The notes beneath the pieces were generated by a model. It did no database searches. It saw only the letters and a list, made by a program, of their open reading frames with translations, and was not told the origin of the DNA. Positions 62,179 through 64,000 of a stretch of DNA of 64,000 bases are shown here, piece by piece. The position numbers and the translations under genes are program-made. The stretch lies in contig JAFVSN010000005.1 in NCBI GenBank assembly GCA_017503735.1, positions 7,628-71,627 on the forward strand, given 5' to 3'. Within the stretch, counting starts at the first letter, position 1. Each line of letters begins with the position of its first letter. The stretch is from Lachnospiraceae bacterium (GTDB taxonomy: Bacteria > Bacillota > Clostridia > Lachnospirales > Lachnospiraceae).

Positions 62179-63198
62179 ATGAGTAAGAAAAGAAAGAGCT
62201 TCTGCCTGGCAGGTGTGATTGGCGTCATGGTCTGTCTGGCCGGGTGCGGAACAGAAGAAGCGATACAAAAAGAAATAGAATTATTGTCGCCGGTAGAGGC
62301 TGTTACCGGTGTAGAGACGGTGGCACGACGGGATTTATATACAGTAACGGTTAAGGATGCGGAGCTGGCTCCGTATACCGAAGAGGTTTCCTTTGATGCG
62401 GGAGGAAGTATCTCGAAGCTCTATGTAAAACTGGGCAGTAATGTGAGTGCCGGTGATTTGCTGGCGGAGTTGGAAGAGGAAGGTGTCCGGACGAAAGCAA
62501 ACGATGCACTGGACAAATATCTCTCGGAGAAAAAAGTATACATGGATGCGGTGAAGGGTGCCAGAAAGAAACTGGGAACCAATCTGACGGTAGAGGAGAG
62601 AGAACAGCAGGAACTTGTGATTTCTCAGGCAGAGGAGCTTTGGAAAATGCAGGAACCGGGGCTTTGGGCAACCTGGGAAGCTGCAAGAGATGAGTTGGGG
62701 AAAAATAAGATTTATGCGCCTTGTGACGGTGTGATTACGGCATGCTTAAGTGAAGGAAGTACCGTGGCGGAAGGACAGCCGGTATTGGCGTTGTCCGATC
62801 CGGAACGGTTGTATATCGTTGTGGGAGAATATATGGAACCTTCCGAGTACAGAGCATATAAGAATGTGTATGCGGTAGTGGACGGAAAAGACACGGAAAT
62901 TACTTATGCGGATGAACTGATGGAGGAAAAAGGTGCTTATACGTACTATACCGCAGCGGATTTAAACGGGGCAAAAATGGGTGATTTTATTTTGATTTGT
63001 ATGATAGGCGATTATCATGAACAAGTATTGTCGGTTCCGAAAAGCGCCGTATACAAAGATAGTCTCGGAAATTATGTATATTTGATCGAAAACGGTGTCA
63101 GAGTACGTAGGGATGTGACTACCGGCTATCAAAGCGGTGTGTATGTAGAGGTTGTTGAAGGGTTGCAGGAAGGAGATAAGGTATATGTTAAGAATTAG
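62179..63198 (+). CDS. Membrane-fusion-protein-like lipoprotein 2
   Basis: Lipobox LAGCG, with GSNVSAGDLLAEL ... IYAPCDGVI lipoyl-like halves and a C-terminal GLQEGDKVYV. Confidence 0.7.
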   Translation: MSKKRKSFCLAGVIGVMVCLAGCGTEEAIQKEIELLSPVEAVTGVETVARRDLYTVTVKDAELAPYTEEVSFDAGGSISKLYVKLGSNVSAGDLLAELEEEGVRTKANDALDKYLSEKKVYMDAVKGARKKLGTNLTVEEREQQELVISQAEELWKMQEPGLWATWEAARDELGKNKIYAPCDGVITACLSEGSTVAEGQPVLALSDPERLYIVVGEYMEPSEYRAYKNVYAVVDGKDTEITYADELMEEKGAYTYYTAADLNGAKMGDFILICMIGDYHEQVLSVPKSAVYKDSLGNYVYLIENGVRVRRDVTTGYQSGVYVEVVEGLQEGDKVYVKN

Positions 63199-64000
63199 TC
63201 GAAGAAAAAAAGCACTGCTTGCACTTACCTTGTGCATCTTTATGGGAACCTGTGCCGCTGCTCCGAATCAACCGGAGGAAGCGATGAACGGAACCGAGGC
63301 AACGGTAGAAGAAAGCAAAGGCGGTCTTACCATTCAGAAAGAAGTTTCTTCAAAGAAATTGTATACAGAAGCTTTGGAATCAACGGAACCGAAGGTATAT
63401 AAGTATTCTACGGTACGACGGGGAGATTTTGTGATAACGGAAACGGTGGACGGAACCATTGTGTACCCGAAGCAGGAACGGATTCGTTACAACTTTCCTT
63501 ACGGTCAGACATTTTATTTGGAAGCACTGAACATAGAGTCTCCGAATAAAAAGGCAGGGGATGCCATTGCCCGGATTTATGTGGCAATGGACGGAATACA
63601 ACTTGCGGCGATGGAACGGCAGTTGGAGCGTATGGAGCAACGGGGAGAAACCGGAAGTACATACGATGACTTGAAAGAGCGACTGGTGGAGATGCAGGAT
63701 GCATTGAATCAGACAGAGATTGTAATGGAAGAAGACGGAATTTTATTGGAGCAGGAAACCCCGCGGTTCGGTTCACAGATTTCCTCGTATACCATTGTGG
63801 TTGCAGATCCGGCAGAGCGATTGCTACAGGTGCCGAATGAGAAAAAGCTGTTTCGTTACGGACAAACGGTAACAGTTTCCGCAAGAGTAAACGGAACGAC
63901 CTGTAAAGGAACCGGAACGGTAATTACGGCTTCTCCGAACGTGGTATCCGCGGAACTGGCAGGAACGGTTGCCTATATCCGTTTGGATGAAGAGAGCGAA
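63185..64000 (+). CDS. Membrane-fusion-protein-like lipoprotein 3 (5' part; runs off the window)
   Basis: It is absent from the ORF track because no stop lies within the window. ATG 63185 has an RBS GGAG and overlaps the previous gene by 14 nt. Signal peptide plus lipobox FMGTC. The frame stays open for 272 codons to base 64000. Confidence 0.6.
   Translation, partial: MLRISRRKKALLALTLCIFMGTCAAAPNQPEEAMNGTEATVEESKGGLTIQKEVSSKKLYTEALESTEPKVYKYSTVRRGDFVITETVDGTIVYPKQERIRYNFPYGQTFYLEALNIESPNKKAGDAIARIYVAMDGIQLAAMERQLERMEQRGETGSTYDDLKERLVEMQDALNQTEIVMEEDGILLEQETPRFGSQISSYTIVVADPAERLLQVPNEKKLFRYGQTVTVSARVNGTTCKGTGTVITASPNVVSAELAGTVAYIRLDEESE

Overview
A 64-kb chromosomal window that looks like a Clostridia-type Firmicute, possibly a Lachnospiraceae-like gut anaerobe. 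That placement is inferred from gene content only: cdaA-cdaR, a T-box leader, NifJ-type PFOR, ftsEX-M23-ctp, tagGH-like exporter, GGAGG ribosome-binding sites and frequent ATGA start/stop overlaps. No database search was possible, so every family call rests on motifs I could read in the translations. I support about 55 CDS, 2 tRNA genes, 1 T-box riboswitch, several promoters and intrinsic terminators, and three tandem-repeat tracts. I saw no rRNA, CRISPR array, transposase, integrase or obvious prophage. Content in order: (1) a hexosamine operon whose phosphoglucosamine mutase is fused in frame to an N-terminal XRE-type HTH domain; (2) an AT-richer islet with a lipoprotein and a COG1373-type AAA ATPase; (3) two tandem ECF sigma/anti-sigma modules; (4) a convergent intergenic region with three 63-bp tandem hairpin repeats and a Cys-rich micro-ORF; (5) a minus-strand cluster of promoter, Leu-type T-box, catalytically degenerate LeuA paralogue, TIM-barrel::acyl-CoA-ligase fusion and PFOR; (6) an MCP, GH2 beta-mannosidase and AGE epimerase; (7) cdaA-cdaR without glmM; (8) cell-envelope genes (ABC-2 exporter, HtrA, priming sugar transferase, GT2, PAP2, an 842-aa unknown); (9) a tRNA-Leu(CAG) and tRNA-Leu(AAG) pair; (10) an Hpt protein coupled to a PBP1-like GGDEF cyclase; (11) ftsE-ftsX-M23-S41; (12) ACT-hom-apgM-like; (13) three tandem membrane-fusion-protein lipoproteins. 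The best candidates for undescribed biology are the T-box-controlled pseudo-LeuA / acyl-CoA ligase fusion / PFOR module (hypothesis: leucine-starvation-induced salvage by reductive carboxylation of a branched acyl-CoA), the HTH::GlmM fusion with matching operator palindromes, and the A34 tRNA-Leu(AAG).
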